DNA from: Solirubrobacteraceae bacterium
GTDB lineage: Bacteria > Actinomycetota > Thermoleophilia > Solirubrobacterales > Solirubrobacteraceae
Assembly (NCBI GenBank): GCA_035505215.1
Contig: DATJQY010000015.1
Coordinates: 160,387 to 224,386, forward strand
Direction of reading: 5' to 3'
DNA length: 64,000 nt
The position numbers and the translations under genes are program-made. Below, piece by piece: positions 54,455 through 64,000 of this stretch. Below the pieces are notes generated by a model. It was not told the origin of the DNA. It searched no databases and was given only the letters and a program-made list of their open reading frames with translations. Every line of letters begins with the position of its first letter. Positions within the stretch are counted from its first letter, which is position 1.

Positions 54455-55141
54455 ATGCCTAACGTTCCACCCCCGAAACGGCACCCGTATGACCAATGGT
54501 CACCGGATGCTCGGGCGCTGGACTTGGTGGGCGACAAGTGGACGCTACTGATCGTCCGCGATCTCGCCGCCGGGCCAAGGCGCTTCGTCGAGCTCCAGCG
54601 GGTCCTGCCGGGGATTTCCACTGAGCAGTTACGAAGCCGACTGAATCGCATGGTCGCGGACGAGATGCTGACCCGGAAGCGGTATCGCGAGGTGCCGCCG
54701 CGGGTCGAATATGAGTTGACCGAGCGCGCGCGCGAGCTGATGCCCGTGCTGGGCGAGCTGGCGCGGTGGGGCTATGAATGGGCCTGGGGGCCGCCCCGCG
54801 ACTCAGAGACGGTCGACGTGAGCGCGATCTTCCGGCTCGCGCCGGGGCTGATTCCCGCCAACGGCTCGAGCGGCACGGTCGAGTTCGCCGTCGATGAGGG
54901 CGAATTCCGCCTGTCCTACTGCTGCGCGGTCTCCTCGGTCGGCGTCGTCGTCGAGGAGCGCGAGCCGCGCCAGCCCGACGCCCGCGTCACGGGCACCCGC
55001 TCGGACTGGGTCAAGGCGCTCCTGCCCGAGCACGACCGCGACGGCCTCGAGATCACCGGCGACCGGCCGCTGGCCGAGAAGCTCTTGGCCCACCTGGTCG
55101 CCGAGGGCCGGACCAACCACCGCTCGCGCGCGCTGGCCTAA
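54455..55141 (+). CDS. HxlR-family winged-helix regulator with C-terminal SCP2-like extension
   Basis: ARALDLVGDKWTLLIVRDL..GPRRF.EL...LPGIS, PPRVEYELT. RBS GGGGAGG. Confidence 0.9.
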   Translation: MPNVPPPKRHPYDQWSPDARALDLVGDKWTLLIVRDLAAGPRRFVELQRVLPGISTEQLRSRLNRMVADEMLTRKRYREVPPRVEYELTERARELMPVLGELARWGYEWAWGPPRDSETVDVSAIFRLAPGLIPANGSSGTVEFAVDEGEFRLSYCCAVSSVGVVVEEREPRQPDARVTGTRSDWVKALLPEHDRDGLEITGDRPLAEKLLAHLVAEGRTNHRSRALA

Positions 55142-55143
55142 AG

Positions 55144-55215
55144 CCCACCCGCGCATGCGCGGGTGGCCCGGCCGGTGCATGCACCGGCCGGAGGGGCGGC
55201 GCATGCGCCGCCCCT
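55144..55215. repeat. Second array of three 24-bp-period palindromes centred on GCATGC
   Basis: (C)CCACCCGCGCATGCGCGGGTGG(C) | CCGGCCGGTGCATGCACCGGCCGG | AGGGGCGGCGCATGCGCCGCCCCT. Confidence 0.95.
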
Positions 55216-55217
55216 TA

Positions 55218-56681
55218 CTACTTACTCGAGTACGTCGCCGAGTTGATCGGCGGCACCTTGTACTGGGTGCTTGAGCCGGGGAGCGTGGGCTGGGTCCAGC
55301 AGGCCGGGTGCCCACCGGCGGCGGCGTCGGTCGAGCCGTGGGCGCCGCCGGTGTTGCGGCAGTCCCAGGCCGCCAGGCCCCAGTCGCCCGGGAAGGTCCC
55401 GCCGGCGTTGAAGATCTGGCTCAGCCAGAGCGATGACGGGTACACGTTGCCGCGGTTGTCGGTATCCCGGTTCGGGGCCAGGGATAGGGTCTCCGGGCCG
55501 CTCGGGCCGAACTGGCGCAGGTAGTGGCCGGTGCCGTTGCCGCCGAAGGTGGTGGTGCGGGCGAAGAAGCTGGCCCCGCCGTCGGTGATGAAGTCCGAGG
55601 TGAGCTGCTGGTGTCCGCCGATCCAGTCGAGGATCGGGTTGAGCTGCTCCAGGAACGGTCCCAGCTGATCGAGCATCGTGTTCGGCCCGAGGCCCTTGAT
55701 GATCCGCTCGGTCGCCGGCAGCCCCGTCGAGGAGGCCGTGACCAGCGGCCCCAGCTTGACGAACAGCGTCCTCAGGCTGGGCGCGAGCTGGTTGACCGCG
55801 GTCAGCGTCGGCTTCAGCTTCTGGGCCACCGGAATCAGGTTGCGGATCACCGGGTCGGCGTTGGCGGAGAAGGTCTTCAGATCGGCCATCGTCAGCCGCG
55901 ACTGGGTGAGGAAGGTCGGGAAGATGTGGAACACGTCGGCCAGGGCGACGTTGTTCCGGGCCAGCTCTCCGAACGTCGTGTCGCCCGCGGTGATCAGGTT
56001 GCGCAGGGCGGCCGGATCCTGGTTCAGGGCCGCGAACGTGGTGCCGCCGTTCTGGACCAGGGAGACGACGGCGGTGTGCTGGATGTTCAGCACCTGGAGC
56101 AGCTGGGTGAAGTTGATCGCGAACGGCGGCAGGTTGCCCAGGACGTCGTTGAGGTTCTGGTCGTTGCCCGTGACCGCCTGGGCGATCGACTGCTGCCAGG
56201 AGCGGAAGGCGGCGCGCGTGGTGGGGTCGAAGGTGTCGAAGATCTGATTCAGCTGGGTGGCGGGCACCACCTGGGTATTGGGCAGGCGGCCGCCGTCGGC
56301 CAGCGGTGGCGAGTGCGGCGTCCCCGGAGTCAACTGGACGTAGGTCTCGCCGAGGATCGTCTTCTCACGCAGGATGGCCTGGGTGTTCTTGCGCAGCGGC
56401 GCGTACTGGTTGTCGATCTGGATCGTGGCCAGCGTGCGGTTGTCCTTGGCGTCGCGCTGGGTCTCCACGACCTTGCCCACCGAGACCCCGGCGATGCGGA
56501 CGTCGGCCTGGTTGGCCAGGTCATAGGCGCTGGGGAAGGCGATCTCGACGCGGTAGCCCTGGGGGTTGAACGGCATCGTCCCGCCGAAGGACAGCCACAG
56601 GAAGAGCAGCAGCCCCACGCAGGAGAGCGCGAACAGGACCATCGTGGCGATGCGGGATACAGGAGGGCTGTCGGTTGCCAT
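55218..56681 (-). CDS. MCE/MlaD-family protein
   Basis: N-terminal TM, ADVRIAGVSVGKV, A.LR.KT.LGE.YVQL.PG, long helical region. Confidence 0.9.
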   Translation of the reverse strand: MATDSPPVSRIATMVLFALSCVGLLLFLWLSFGGTMPFNPQGYRVEIAFPSAYDLANQADVRIAGVSVGKVVETQRDAKDNRTLATIQIDNQYAPLRKNTQAILREKTILGETYVQLTPGTPHSPPLADGGRLPNTQVVPATQLNQIFDTFDPTTRAAFRSWQQSIAQAVTGNDQNLNDVLGNLPPFAINFTQLLQVLNIQHTAVVSLVQNGGTTFAALNQDPAALRNLITAGDTTFGELARNNVALADVFHIFPTFLTQSRLTMADLKTFSANADPVIRNLIPVAQKLKPTLTAVNQLAPSLRTLFVKLGPLVTASSTGLPATERIIKGLGPNTMLDQLGPFLEQLNPILDWIGGHQQLTSDFITDGGASFFARTTTFGGNGTGHYLRQFGPSGPETLSLAPNRDTDNRGNVYPSSLWLSQIFNAGGTFPGDWGLAAWDCRNTGGAHGSTDAAAGGHPACWTQPTLPGSSTQYKVPPINSATYSSK

Positions 56682-58129
56682 CAGTTGGTGGGGAGCTTGG
56701 GATAGAAGAGTTGCTTGGCCGAGTCGGGGCTCTCGAGCGTCGAGGCCGCGGGAGCCCCCGATTGCGTGACCAGGTTCGGGTGCTCCTGGGTGTAGCGCGC
56801 GTAGGCGGCGCGGTTGGCCGCGGCCTGGGTCGGGCAGATCGTGTTGCTGGTCAGGATCCCGGTCAGGTTGAGCACCGACTCAGAGCCGGGGACGTTATTG
56901 ACGACCTGGCTCAGCGAGGCGCAGCTGGCCTGAATGAAGAGCTGGCGGAAGTCGCCGTTGGCGTCCTGGGTCGAGAACACGGTGCGCGCGTTGTGGTCGG
57001 CCCAGGCCAGCCACCACAGATACCCGTGCTGCCCGCCGCTTGGGTAGTAGCCGAGCTGGTTGAACAGGTGGTTGAGCACCGTGAACACCTTGGACAGGTT
57101 GGGGGTCGCGGCGGCCAGGTTCTGCGCGGCCGGGCGCAGGTTGTAGATGAGCGGCTTGGCCGCGGTCACGAAGGGTCGGATCTGGTTGCGGAGCACCGGA
57201 GTGATCGGCTTGGCCAGCGCCGCGGTGGCCGCGTTGGCAGCCGGGATCGCGCTCACGGCGGGAATCAGGTTCCGCGTCGCCGGGGCCACGATGTCGGCGA
57301 ACTTCTGCACCTTCTGGAGCGTCGTCGTCGTCTGCTGGAGGGTTCCGGGCAGATCCGCCACCGCCTGGCTCACGTTCCCGTTGGCGCTGGCCCAGGCCTG
57401 GAAGACCTTGGAGCTTGAGTCGACGAGCTGGACGATCTGCCCCTGCTTGACCGCCAGGGCGGCGTTCAGCACGTTCAGCGAGTGGATCAGCGAGCGCAGC
57501 GCGGCCCCCCGCTCGGCGACGACCGAGTTGAGCTCGGCCAGCGAGCGGTGGGTGGGCAAGAAGCGCTTGAGGATCTCGGCCAGCTCGCCGCCACCGGGCG
57601 CCTTCAGGCCCGCGCCGGCGCCGTTGACGAGCAGATCGAGGTAGGCCCGCGTGTCGGCGTCGAGCGAGGCCAAAATCTCGTCCGGGTTGACGACCGGGTT
57701 GGTGTTGGAGATGGGGATCGTGTAATTGGCCGGGGCAACCGGGGCGTGGCTGCCCCCGGGCGGAGGCTGAAGCTCGATGAACATGTCGTCGAGCCCGGTC
57801 CGCGGCCGCACCAGCGCCGTCCAGTCCTCGTGGATCAGGTGCCGGTACTTGGTGTCGATGTCCAGCTGGACGAGGGCCATCCCGTCCTGGAGCTTGACCT
57901 GGCCGATGTCCCCGACCTGGACGCCGGATACGCGCACGGTCTGGCCCTGCCCCGGAGTCAGCGCCTGCCCGGTCGAGAACTCGGCGTTGAGCTTGTACTG
58001 CGATGTCCCGATGAACGGCAGCTGGAGGCGCTCGTGGCTGAGCACGTAGCCGGAGACGACCACGGCCAGGATGACCAGCACGAGGATGGCGATGAAGTCC
58101 GTGAGGTGGTTGCGGATCGCGCGCTTCAT
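56681..58129 (-). CDS. MCE/MlaD-family protein
   Basis: N-terminal TM, VRVSGVQVGDI, RPRTGL.D.FIELQP. Confidence 0.9.
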   Translation of the reverse strand: MKRAIRNHLTDFIAILVLVILAVVVSGYVLSHERLQLPFIGTSQYKLNAEFSTGQALTPGQGQTVRVSGVQVGDIGQVKLQDGMALVQLDIDTKYRHLIHEDWTALVRPRTGLDDMFIELQPPPGGSHAPVAPANYTIPISNTNPVVNPDEILASLDADTRAYLDLLVNGAGAGLKAPGGGELAEILKRFLPTHRSLAELNSVVAERGAALRSLIHSLNVLNAALAVKQGQIVQLVDSSSKVFQAWASANGNVSQAVADLPGTLQQTTTTLQKVQKFADIVAPATRNLIPAVSAIPAANAATAALAKPITPVLRNQIRPFVTAAKPLIYNLRPAAQNLAAATPNLSKVFTVLNHLFNQLGYYPSGGQHGYLWWLAWADHNARTVFSTQDANGDFRQLFIQASCASLSQVVNNVPGSESVLNLTGILTSNTICPTQAAANRAAYARYTQEHPNLVTQSGAPAASTLESPDSAKQLFYPKLPTN

Positions 58130-58132
58130 GAC

Positions 58133-59803
58133 TTACCTGATCCCCGGGATCGACTTGGTGATCCGTGTCCCCAGACCGGCCTGCTTGTCCTGGTCCTCGA
58201 GCTGGCCGAGCTCGATCAGGCCGGCGCTGTCCTTGCGGGCCAGCGCGGCGGGGGCGCTGGTGCTCGTGGCCAGGGGCTGCGGGGCGGCGCCCTGCGGCGC
58301 GCTCAGGTCGGTGATCTGCTGCTGGCTCTCGCAGGGGACGTTCGGCTCGAGCGGCGGACGTGAAACCGGCGCCGGTGCCCCATCGCCGCTCGAGTGCAGC
58401 GGCGGGGTCACGGGCTGGCTGCCCTGGATCGGGTTGAGCGCAGTCCCGAAGAGGCCCGGCGACAGCGAATAGGTGAACGTCCCGCCGGTGAGAAAGACCC
58501 GGACGTAGGGGCCGTTGGCGTCGAAGTTACGTGACTCGCCGGCCAGGCCCGGGAGGTAGTCGACGCCCTCGACGTACACCGGCTGCGGCGGGAAGCCGTT
58601 CTTGGCGTTGAAGTTCGGGTCGTTGATGGAGAGACGACTCCAGGGGAGGATGACCTTGACCTGGCAATTCGAGGCCGGCCTGACCTCGTTCTTCATGAAC
58701 GGGATCGACTCCTGATCGAGCTTGGCCAGGGCCGGGATCGTCTTGGCCAGGTTGGCCGTGAGGCCGCAGTTGGCCAGGTTCGTCACGCCACGTGGGCATC
58801 CACCGAGCTCGGAGGGCGCGACGAGCTTCCGGAGCTGGGTGAAGAAGGGCAGGCTGGCGTCGATCATGGGCCCGGTCGACTGCACGCCGGGGATCAGCGC
58901 CTTGGCGAACTGGCGGAGCGGACCGGGGGCGCAGTTGGGCCCCTGGGAACCGGAGCACAGGTCGCTCTGCAGGGCGTTCAGCGCCGGGATCGCCACCTGG
59001 AGGGTGCGCGGGAGCTCGGCCACGGCGGCCTGGAGGGCCTGGTTCTCCCGGGCGAAGGCGCCCGCAGTGGTGTTGAAGTTGGTGACCAGGCTCTTGAGGT
59101 TCTGGGGGTGGGTGTCAAGCGCGCCGTTGACCGTGCCGCCGTAGTTGATCCAGTCGCTGAGGTCGTGCGGCTGCTCGCCCAGGGTGTCGTGGGCGACCTC
59201 CGAGCCGTACTCGTAGGCGGGCAGCCAGTACTGGATCGACTTGTTGTAGTCAGGACCGGATGTCTTGACCGCATAGCCGTACTGCTGGAGCAGCGTCTGG
59301 AGGTTCGAGCGCGTGTTCAGCTGCAGGGAGTCGAGCAGCTGGTCGAACTGCACCGGCTCGGTTCCTTGCTGGATCGGGAAGACCCAGCCGGTCGGGGCCA
59401 CCGGTGCCTCCGGGCTGCCCGGGCTGATGTCGACGAAGAAGTTGCCCTCGAGGAAGATCCGGGGCCGGATCCAGAAGGTGGCGTCCTTATGGATGGGCAG
59501 CCCGTTGCCCTGGATCGTCATCGTCACGTCGGCGGCCGAGCACTGGGCGTTGGGTCCGCTCTGGGCCGTGGTCTTGCAGCCGGTCACCGGCGAGACGCTC
59601 TGGACCTTGCCCACGTTGATCCCGGCGATCCGGACCAGCGAATCCGGATGGAGCTGGTTGGCGTTGGAGAAGATGGCGTGGATCGTGTAAGGGTTGGCGA
59701 ACGGGTTGGCGAACTTCGTCACCGCGCCGTAGCAGATCAGGGCGAGGACGACGATCCCGATCAGGCCGGCCTTGAAGGTGGTCATGCCTCCGCGCTTACG
59801 CAT
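58133..59803 (-). CDS. MCE/MlaD-family protein
   Basis: N-terminal TM, S.VRIAGINVGKV, IRPRIFLEGNFFVD.SPG. Confidence 0.9.
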   Translation of the reverse strand: MRKRGGMTTFKAGLIGIVVLALICYGAVTKFANPFANPYTIHAIFSNANQLHPDSLVRIAGINVGKVQSVSPVTGCKTTAQSGPNAQCSAADVTMTIQGNGLPIHKDATFWIRPRIFLEGNFFVDISPGSPEAPVAPTGWVFPIQQGTEPVQFDQLLDSLQLNTRSNLQTLLQQYGYAVKTSGPDYNKSIQYWLPAYEYGSEVAHDTLGEQPHDLSDWINYGGTVNGALDTHPQNLKSLVTNFNTTAGAFARENQALQAAVAELPRTLQVAIPALNALQSDLCSGSQGPNCAPGPLRQFAKALIPGVQSTGPMIDASLPFFTQLRKLVAPSELGGCPRGVTNLANCGLTANLAKTIPALAKLDQESIPFMKNEVRPASNCQVKVILPWSRLSINDPNFNAKNGFPPQPVYVEGVDYLPGLAGESRNFDANGPYVRVFLTGGTFTYSLSPGLFGTALNPIQGSQPVTPPLHSSGDGAPAPVSRPPLEPNVPCESQQQITDLSAPQGAAPQPLATSTSAPAALARKDSAGLIELGQLEDQDKQAGLGTRITKSIPGIR

Positions 59804-61320
59804 CAGGGATTCGCCGCCACGTAGGTCGTCTGGGGGCCGGTGCTCGGATTGCGGGTCCAGGTCTCACCCGGCGGGACGCGGGAGAGGCCGGTCCAGGTGG
59901 GGCCCTGGTCGCCCGGCGTGTGCTGGTCGGTATCGAGGTCGCGGTTCTTGGGATCGAGATGGTTGAGCTGCTTGGGATAGCCGCGCTGCCCGGCCTCGCA
60001 GTCGGCGTTGCCCTGGTTGTCCACCGCGCCCGCGTAGGCCGGGCCGTGCAGGTATTCGGGCTGCTGCCCGGGCGGGACGCCCTCACCGTCGGCGGGCCCG
60101 GCGGCGGGGAGCGTGCCAACGCTGTCCTGCTGCTGGTTGGCGAAGTTGAGCAGCGCCCGCTGGGCCATGCCGAAGTTCGTCTGCTCGGAGACGAGGTCGG
60201 CGATCTCCACCCACATGTAGTTCCAGGCGTTGCACACCGTCACGTACGGGCCCAGGTAGCGGATCGTCGGGTCGAGCGTGTTGACCGTCGAGGCCAGTCC
60301 GTTGACGGCGACGTTGGTCCCCGGATCACGGGCCAGCGAACCGAGCGAGGTGAGGACGCCTTCGAGCTTCTGGTTCATCGACGGGGTGCGCGGGAGCACC
60401 TTTACGCCGGCCTCGAGCGCCGGGTTGACGTTGGGGAGCGCGTCGCGCAGCTCGGCCGTGGCCGGTCCCATGTAATCCGCGAAGGTCGTCAGATCGGACA
60501 GGAACGGCTGCTGCACCTTGAGCGACGCGGTCGAGACATCGAGCGTGGGCGGGGACTGGCTGATCGTCTGTTCCAGATCCCGCGGGTTCTGCGAGATGGC
60601 GGCAAACGTCGTCGCCTGGTCGGTGAACAGCTTGGAGTTGGTCTGGGCGACGGGCGAGATCGTGGAGAAGAACCCGTTCAGGGCACCGAGGAACCGGGTC
60701 AGCTGGGTGTGGGGATCGGACAGGTAGGCGGCCACCGGGCGCAGGTTTCCGAACAGCGAGGGCAGGCTGGCGATCGTGTCGTTGAGCGACGATCCCCGCC
60801 CCGTCAGCACGTCGCCATAACCGGCCAGGTTCTCCTGCACCGCCGGCCGCGTCTTGGCGTCGAACATGTCGTTGATGTCGTCGAACTGCACCGGCACCGT
60901 CGTGTGCGACGCCGGCATGACGCCGCCGTCCGCGTACACCTTGCTCGAGTGCCCGTAGTTCAGCTCGACGTACTTGAGGCCGAGCAGCGAACGGGGGAGG
61001 ATGGTCGCCGTCGAGTCGACCGGAACCTTGCCCTGGCTCTCGTTCAGCTGCAGGGTCACCTCCGCCCCCACGGTGCCGTTCGAGAGCTCGATCGGATGCA
61101 TATCCGAGACCAGGCCGATCCGGTAGCTGCCCTGGAGGACGTCGTTGCCCGGCACCAGCGCGGCACCGCTGGGGAATTCGACCTTGAGCTCGCGGGTGGG
61201 CACGAAGGGCAGCCCCGTGTCGGCGTTGTAGGCCAGGAACACGGCCACGATCGCCACGAGCACGGTGACCGCCCCGATCAGCACCGGGTTGGCGAAGGCG
61301 GGTTGCGAGGTCTTCCTCAT
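59803..61320 (-). CDS. MCE/MlaD-family protein
   Basis: N-terminal TM, GNDV..G..RIG.V, I.PRSLLGLKYVEL..G. Confidence 0.9.
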   Translation of the reverse strand: MRKTSQPAFANPVLIGAVTVLVAIVAVFLAYNADTGLPFVPTRELKVEFPSGAALVPGNDVLQGSYRIGLVSDMHPIELSNGTVGAEVTLQLNESQGKVPVDSTATILPRSLLGLKYVELNYGHSSKVYADGGVMPASHTTVPVQFDDINDMFDAKTRPAVQENLAGYGDVLTGRGSSLNDTIASLPSLFGNLRPVAAYLSDPHTQLTRFLGALNGFFSTISPVAQTNSKLFTDQATTFAAISQNPRDLEQTISQSPPTLDVSTASLKVQQPFLSDLTTFADYMGPATAELRDALPNVNPALEAGVKVLPRTPSMNQKLEGVLTSLGSLARDPGTNVAVNGLASTVNTLDPTIRYLGPYVTVCNAWNYMWVEIADLVSEQTNFGMAQRALLNFANQQQDSVGTLPAAGPADGEGVPPGQQPEYLHGPAYAGAVDNQGNADCEAGQRGYPKQLNHLDPKNRDLDTDQHTPGDQGPTWTGLSRVPPGETWTRNPSTGPQTTYVAANP

Positions 61321-61356
61321 GGCGAGAGCAGGTTCTTCCTCATGGCGAGAGCAGGT
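61311..61356. repeat. Exact 23-bp tandem duplication of an Mce stop/start junction
   Basis: TCTTCCTCATGGCGAGAGCAGGT at 61311-61333 and 61334-61356. Confidence 0.93.
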
Positions 61357-63280
61357 AGTTGAGGAGCTGCTGGGTCTGGGCGCCGGAGCTCGAGTTCCCG
61401 GTCTGGCTGCTTCCCGTGGCCGAGGCGGCCGTGTTTGCCGCGGTGCTGGTGGCCTTGGTCGCCGTCGAGGCGGCGCCGGTGGCTCCGCTCAGCTGCGAGA
61501 CGATCTGGCTCACGGTCTGGTTGAGGCCGGGCGATCCCGACCCGCTCGAGCCGCCTCCGCCCCCTCCCGCGGCGGTGGAGACCGGAGCGCTCGACTTGGC
61601 ACTCTTCTTGTCGTTGGGTAGATCGGCGGACGTGCTCGAGCTGAGCTTGCAGGCGCTCGTCTTGGGGCCGGTGTAGTGGGTCCCGTAGCCCTCGACCGGG
61701 GCGCCGCCGGGGTCGGCGACGCAGGCGCTCGGGTCGCTCGGGTCGGTCTCGTTGACGCCGGGCTGGTTGGGACCGAGGAACGCGTAGCAGGTGCGCGGGT
61801 TGGCGCCGGTGAACGTGTTGAGGTTGCCGCCGGACTGCACGTAGCTGGCGATGTTGTTGGCGATCGACTGCGGCGTGGCGTAGGGGCTGCACTGCGAGCT
61901 TGCGAATCCGTCGACGGCCAGCTCGTGGCCGTAGGTGCTGAAGGTGTTGATCGCGTTGGTGATGTTGAAGACGTACTCGAGGAGCCCCTGGAGCCCGGTG
62001 TAGCCGGTTCCGCCCGGGCTGCGCTGATCGGTCTCCACCGGACCGTCGCCGACCAGGCCGCCGCCGTAGTTGATCGGCTTCGAGGCGTCCAGGGCCTGGA
62101 GGGTGATGGCCAGGTTCTGACCCAGCTCAGGCAGGCAGTTCTCGCTGAAGCCGCTGCTCTTGCCCGCCTTGTCGATGGCCATGTTCTGGCTCAGGCAGGT
62201 CGACGAGCCGGTGAACTGGCGCAGCGCCTGGACCGTGGGCAGGGCCGCCTTCACCGCCGGGGTGCCGACGCTCGAGGCCGAGCCGAGCGAGGCGCCACCG
62301 CCCGGACAGGAGGTCACGCCCGACTCGCCGCACCCGAGCGACACCGCGGACTGCTGGGAGAACGGCACCAGCTTGTGGAAGAAGGTGTTGAGGTTGGAGG
62401 AGGCCTCGTTGAGGTTGGTGAACACGGTGTCCTGGGCGTCGGCAGCCGCGCCCAGCTTCTGCATGGCCGGGCGCAGCTGCTGCAGGAAGGCAGGCAGCTT
62501 GTTCCAGGTGGCGGCGATGCAGTTGGCCTGGGTCGAGCCGGCGCAGTTGGAGTTGGCGGCCGAGCTGGCCGAATCGGTGGCCGTGTCGTTGGCCTCGACG
62601 ATGAAGCGCTGCACCTGCTTGTCGTTCTTGGCCAGGGCCGTGATCACGTTGTTGGCGCTGACGTTGAGATCGCGGATCGTCTTGGCGTCGCCGGCCAGCA
62701 GCGAGAGCAGAGCGTCGGTCTCGGCCAGGGCCGGATCGCCGCGCTGGAGCGCGGTCTCCAGATCCTGCGAGCGCGCGGCCACGGCGGCGCCGAGCTCGTT
62801 GATGATGAGCGAGAAGCGCTCCCGGTAGGGCAGGCGCATGATGTTCTGGACCAGGTCGGCGGGGATCGTCGACTGGGTCTGGCTGACCGGAATCGTGGCG
62901 CCCTGCTTGAGCGTCGGCCCCGAGGTACCGGGGTTGGGGCAGTCGAGGAAGTACTCGCCGATCAGTGACTGGGGGCGGGACTGGCAGAAGGCGTTGTGAT
63001 GGAAGGCGCCGAAGCCCTTCTCGTTCACCGTGACGGTGATCAGGGCGTCGAGCGGACTCTGGCACTGCTTGTCGTGCTCGGCCGCACAGAGGTCGATGTC
63101 GGTGATCTTCCCCACCGTGGCCCCCGCCACCTTGAAGTCAGACCCGGTGACGAGACCGAAGGCGTTATTGAGCTCGATCTTGTACGTCGCCCCGGTGTTG
63201 GCGCTCTTTGACCCGAGGGCGACGAACAGGAAGCCGGCGGCGGCGAGCAGCACGGCGGCGGTGCCGATGATGCGTCTCAT
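61340..63280 (-). CDS. MCE/MlaD-family protein (long, Cys-rich insertions)
   Basis: Start reassigned to MRRIIG (63280, ATGA overlap). [27 protein letters not shown]. Confidence 0.9.
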   Translation of the reverse strand: MRRIIGTAAVLLAAAGFLFVALGSKSANTGATYKIELNNAFGLVTGSDFKVAGATVGKITDIDLCAAEHDKQCQSPLDALITVTVNEKGFGAFHHNAFCQSRPQSLIGEYFLDCPNPGTSGPTLKQGATIPVSQTQSTIPADLVQNIMRLPYRERFSLIINELGAAVAARSQDLETALQRGDPALAETDALLSLLAGDAKTIRDLNVSANNVITALAKNDKQVQRFIVEANDTATDSASSAANSNCAGSTQANCIAATWNKLPAFLQQLRPAMQKLGAAADAQDTVFTNLNEASSNLNTFFHKLVPFSQQSAVSLGCGESGVTSCPGGGASLGSASSVGTPAVKAALPTVQALRQFTGSSTCLSQNMAIDKAGKSSGFSENCLPELGQNLAITLQALDASKPINYGGGLVGDGPVETDQRSPGGTGYTGLQGLLEYVFNITNAINTFSTYGHELAVDGFASSQCSPYATPQSIANNIASYVQSGGNLNTFTGANPRTCYAFLGPNQPGVNETDPSDPSACVADPGGAPVEGYGTHYTGPKTSACKLSSSTSADLPNDKKSAKSSAPVSTAAGGGGGGSSGSGSPGLNQTVSQIVSQLSGATGAASTATKATSTAANTAASATGSSQTGNSSSGAQTQQLLNYLLSP

Positions 63281-64000
63281 TGCCCGGTCGGCACCTCGCT
63301 CTGGTTGCACGGGAAGCCAGACTCGACCTGGGTCGCGCTGCTGCCCGGATCGGTCGGTCCCCGCTCCATCGAGCCGGGACAGCGGTCGCCCTGGCCGGTG
63401 GTCAGGACGCTGTTGGCGAAGCCCTGGCGGCCGGTGGCGTCGGTGAGCAGGTTGCTCAACGGGTTTGAGCCGAGGATGTTCAGCGCGCCGTTCTGAATCG
63501 AGCCAATACCCACCACCGGGGCGATCCGGCTCACGGCGCCGTTGGCGTCGTAGACGCCAGGATGCGAGTAGCCCTCGAACCAGCCGGTGAGGTCGACGGC
63601 GTAGGGCCGGGCCACGGCCAGCTCAGGCACGGACTGGTTGAAGGCCTCGGTGGAGACGGGGAAGGCGCCCTGGCGGTAGGCGCCGTCGGCGTAGACGAGC
63701 GGCTCACCGAACTCACCGCCGACGGTGGCCTGGGCGAGCGGAACCGACAGATGGTTCAGATCGATCAGGTCGTTGCCGGGACCGGGCTTGGAGATCACGC
63801 CACTCAGGTTCTTGACCGTGGGAACTGCGTCCACGGCCAGCGGCTCGAGCTGCTGCAGGAGCGCGTAGAGCTTGCCTCGCGGGTAGCCGGGCGCCGGATT
63901 GGCCACCGACTTGGTGGCGTTGACCAGGTTCGTCAAATCGACGAGCGAGTTGCGCAGGTTGACGAACGTGGTGTTGGCCAGGCGCATGAAGGGCGGGAGG
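63277..64000 (-). CDS. MCE-family protein, C-terminal part (5' end outside window)
   Basis: The frame is open to the window edge; Mce-type C-terminus (ARPY.VDL.GWF, YDANG...R). Its stop overlaps the next ATG. Confidence 0.75.
   Translation of the reverse strand, partial: LPPFMRLANTTFVNLRNSLVDLTNLVNATKSVANPAPGYPRGKLYALLQQLEPLAVDAVPTVKNLSGVISKPGPGNDLIDLNHLSVPLAQATVGGEFGEPLVYADGAYRQGAFPVSTEAFNQSVPELAVARPYAVDLTGWFEGYSHPGVYDANGAVSRIAPVVGIGSIQNGALNILGSNPLSNLLTDATGRQGFANSVLTTGQGDRCPGSMERGPTDPGSSATQVESGFPCNQSEVPTGQ

Overview
GC-rich actinobacterial chromosome segment. The gene families and style suggest Solirubrobacterales/Thermoleophilia (inference). I found no rRNA, CRISPR array, integrase or transposase. 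In order, the window holds: (i) small metabolic and signalling genes (ABM monooxygenase, SAM methyltransferase, class III adenylate cyclase, ferritin with a probable IdeR/DtxR box, secreted lipoproteins); (ii) a co-oriented ~13.5 kb envelope cluster (OmpR-type two-component system, stand-alone DUF2156 aminoacyl-lipid transferase domain, esterase-membrane fusion, second esterase, LPG_synthase_TM flippase-like protein, two secreted GH3 glycosidases); (iii) an HNH-like lipoprotein, Usp, a truncated RelE/Gp49-like toxin and an ABC-2 exporter; (iv) a ~19 kb amine/polyol catabolic region (nitroreductase-like protein, APC permease, TIM-barrel, Zn-dehydrogenase, GntR, FGGY kinase, then an expanded gamma-glutamylation cluster with two GS-like ligases, two class III aminotransferases, two amidotransferase-type hydrolases, ALDH, SDR and a papain-fold C39/phytochelatin-synthase-like protein); (v) a secreted hydrolase, tRNA-fMet, GT39, ArsR/MFS, 2-hydroxyacid dehydrogenase, Ppx, a frameshifted DUF4395 gene, an ALS-like ThDP enzyme and an HxlR regulator; (vi) the distal six genes of an Mce (MlaD) operon, cut by the window edge. 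The most striking non-coding signals are two arrays of three abutting 24-bp palindromes centred on GCATGC, an unannotated ~170-nt promoter-to-terminator sRNA candidate, REP-like hairpin mosaics, a 26-bp minisatellite and a 23-bp duplication of an Mce stop/start junction. All family assignments come from motif recognition by eye; no database searches were run.
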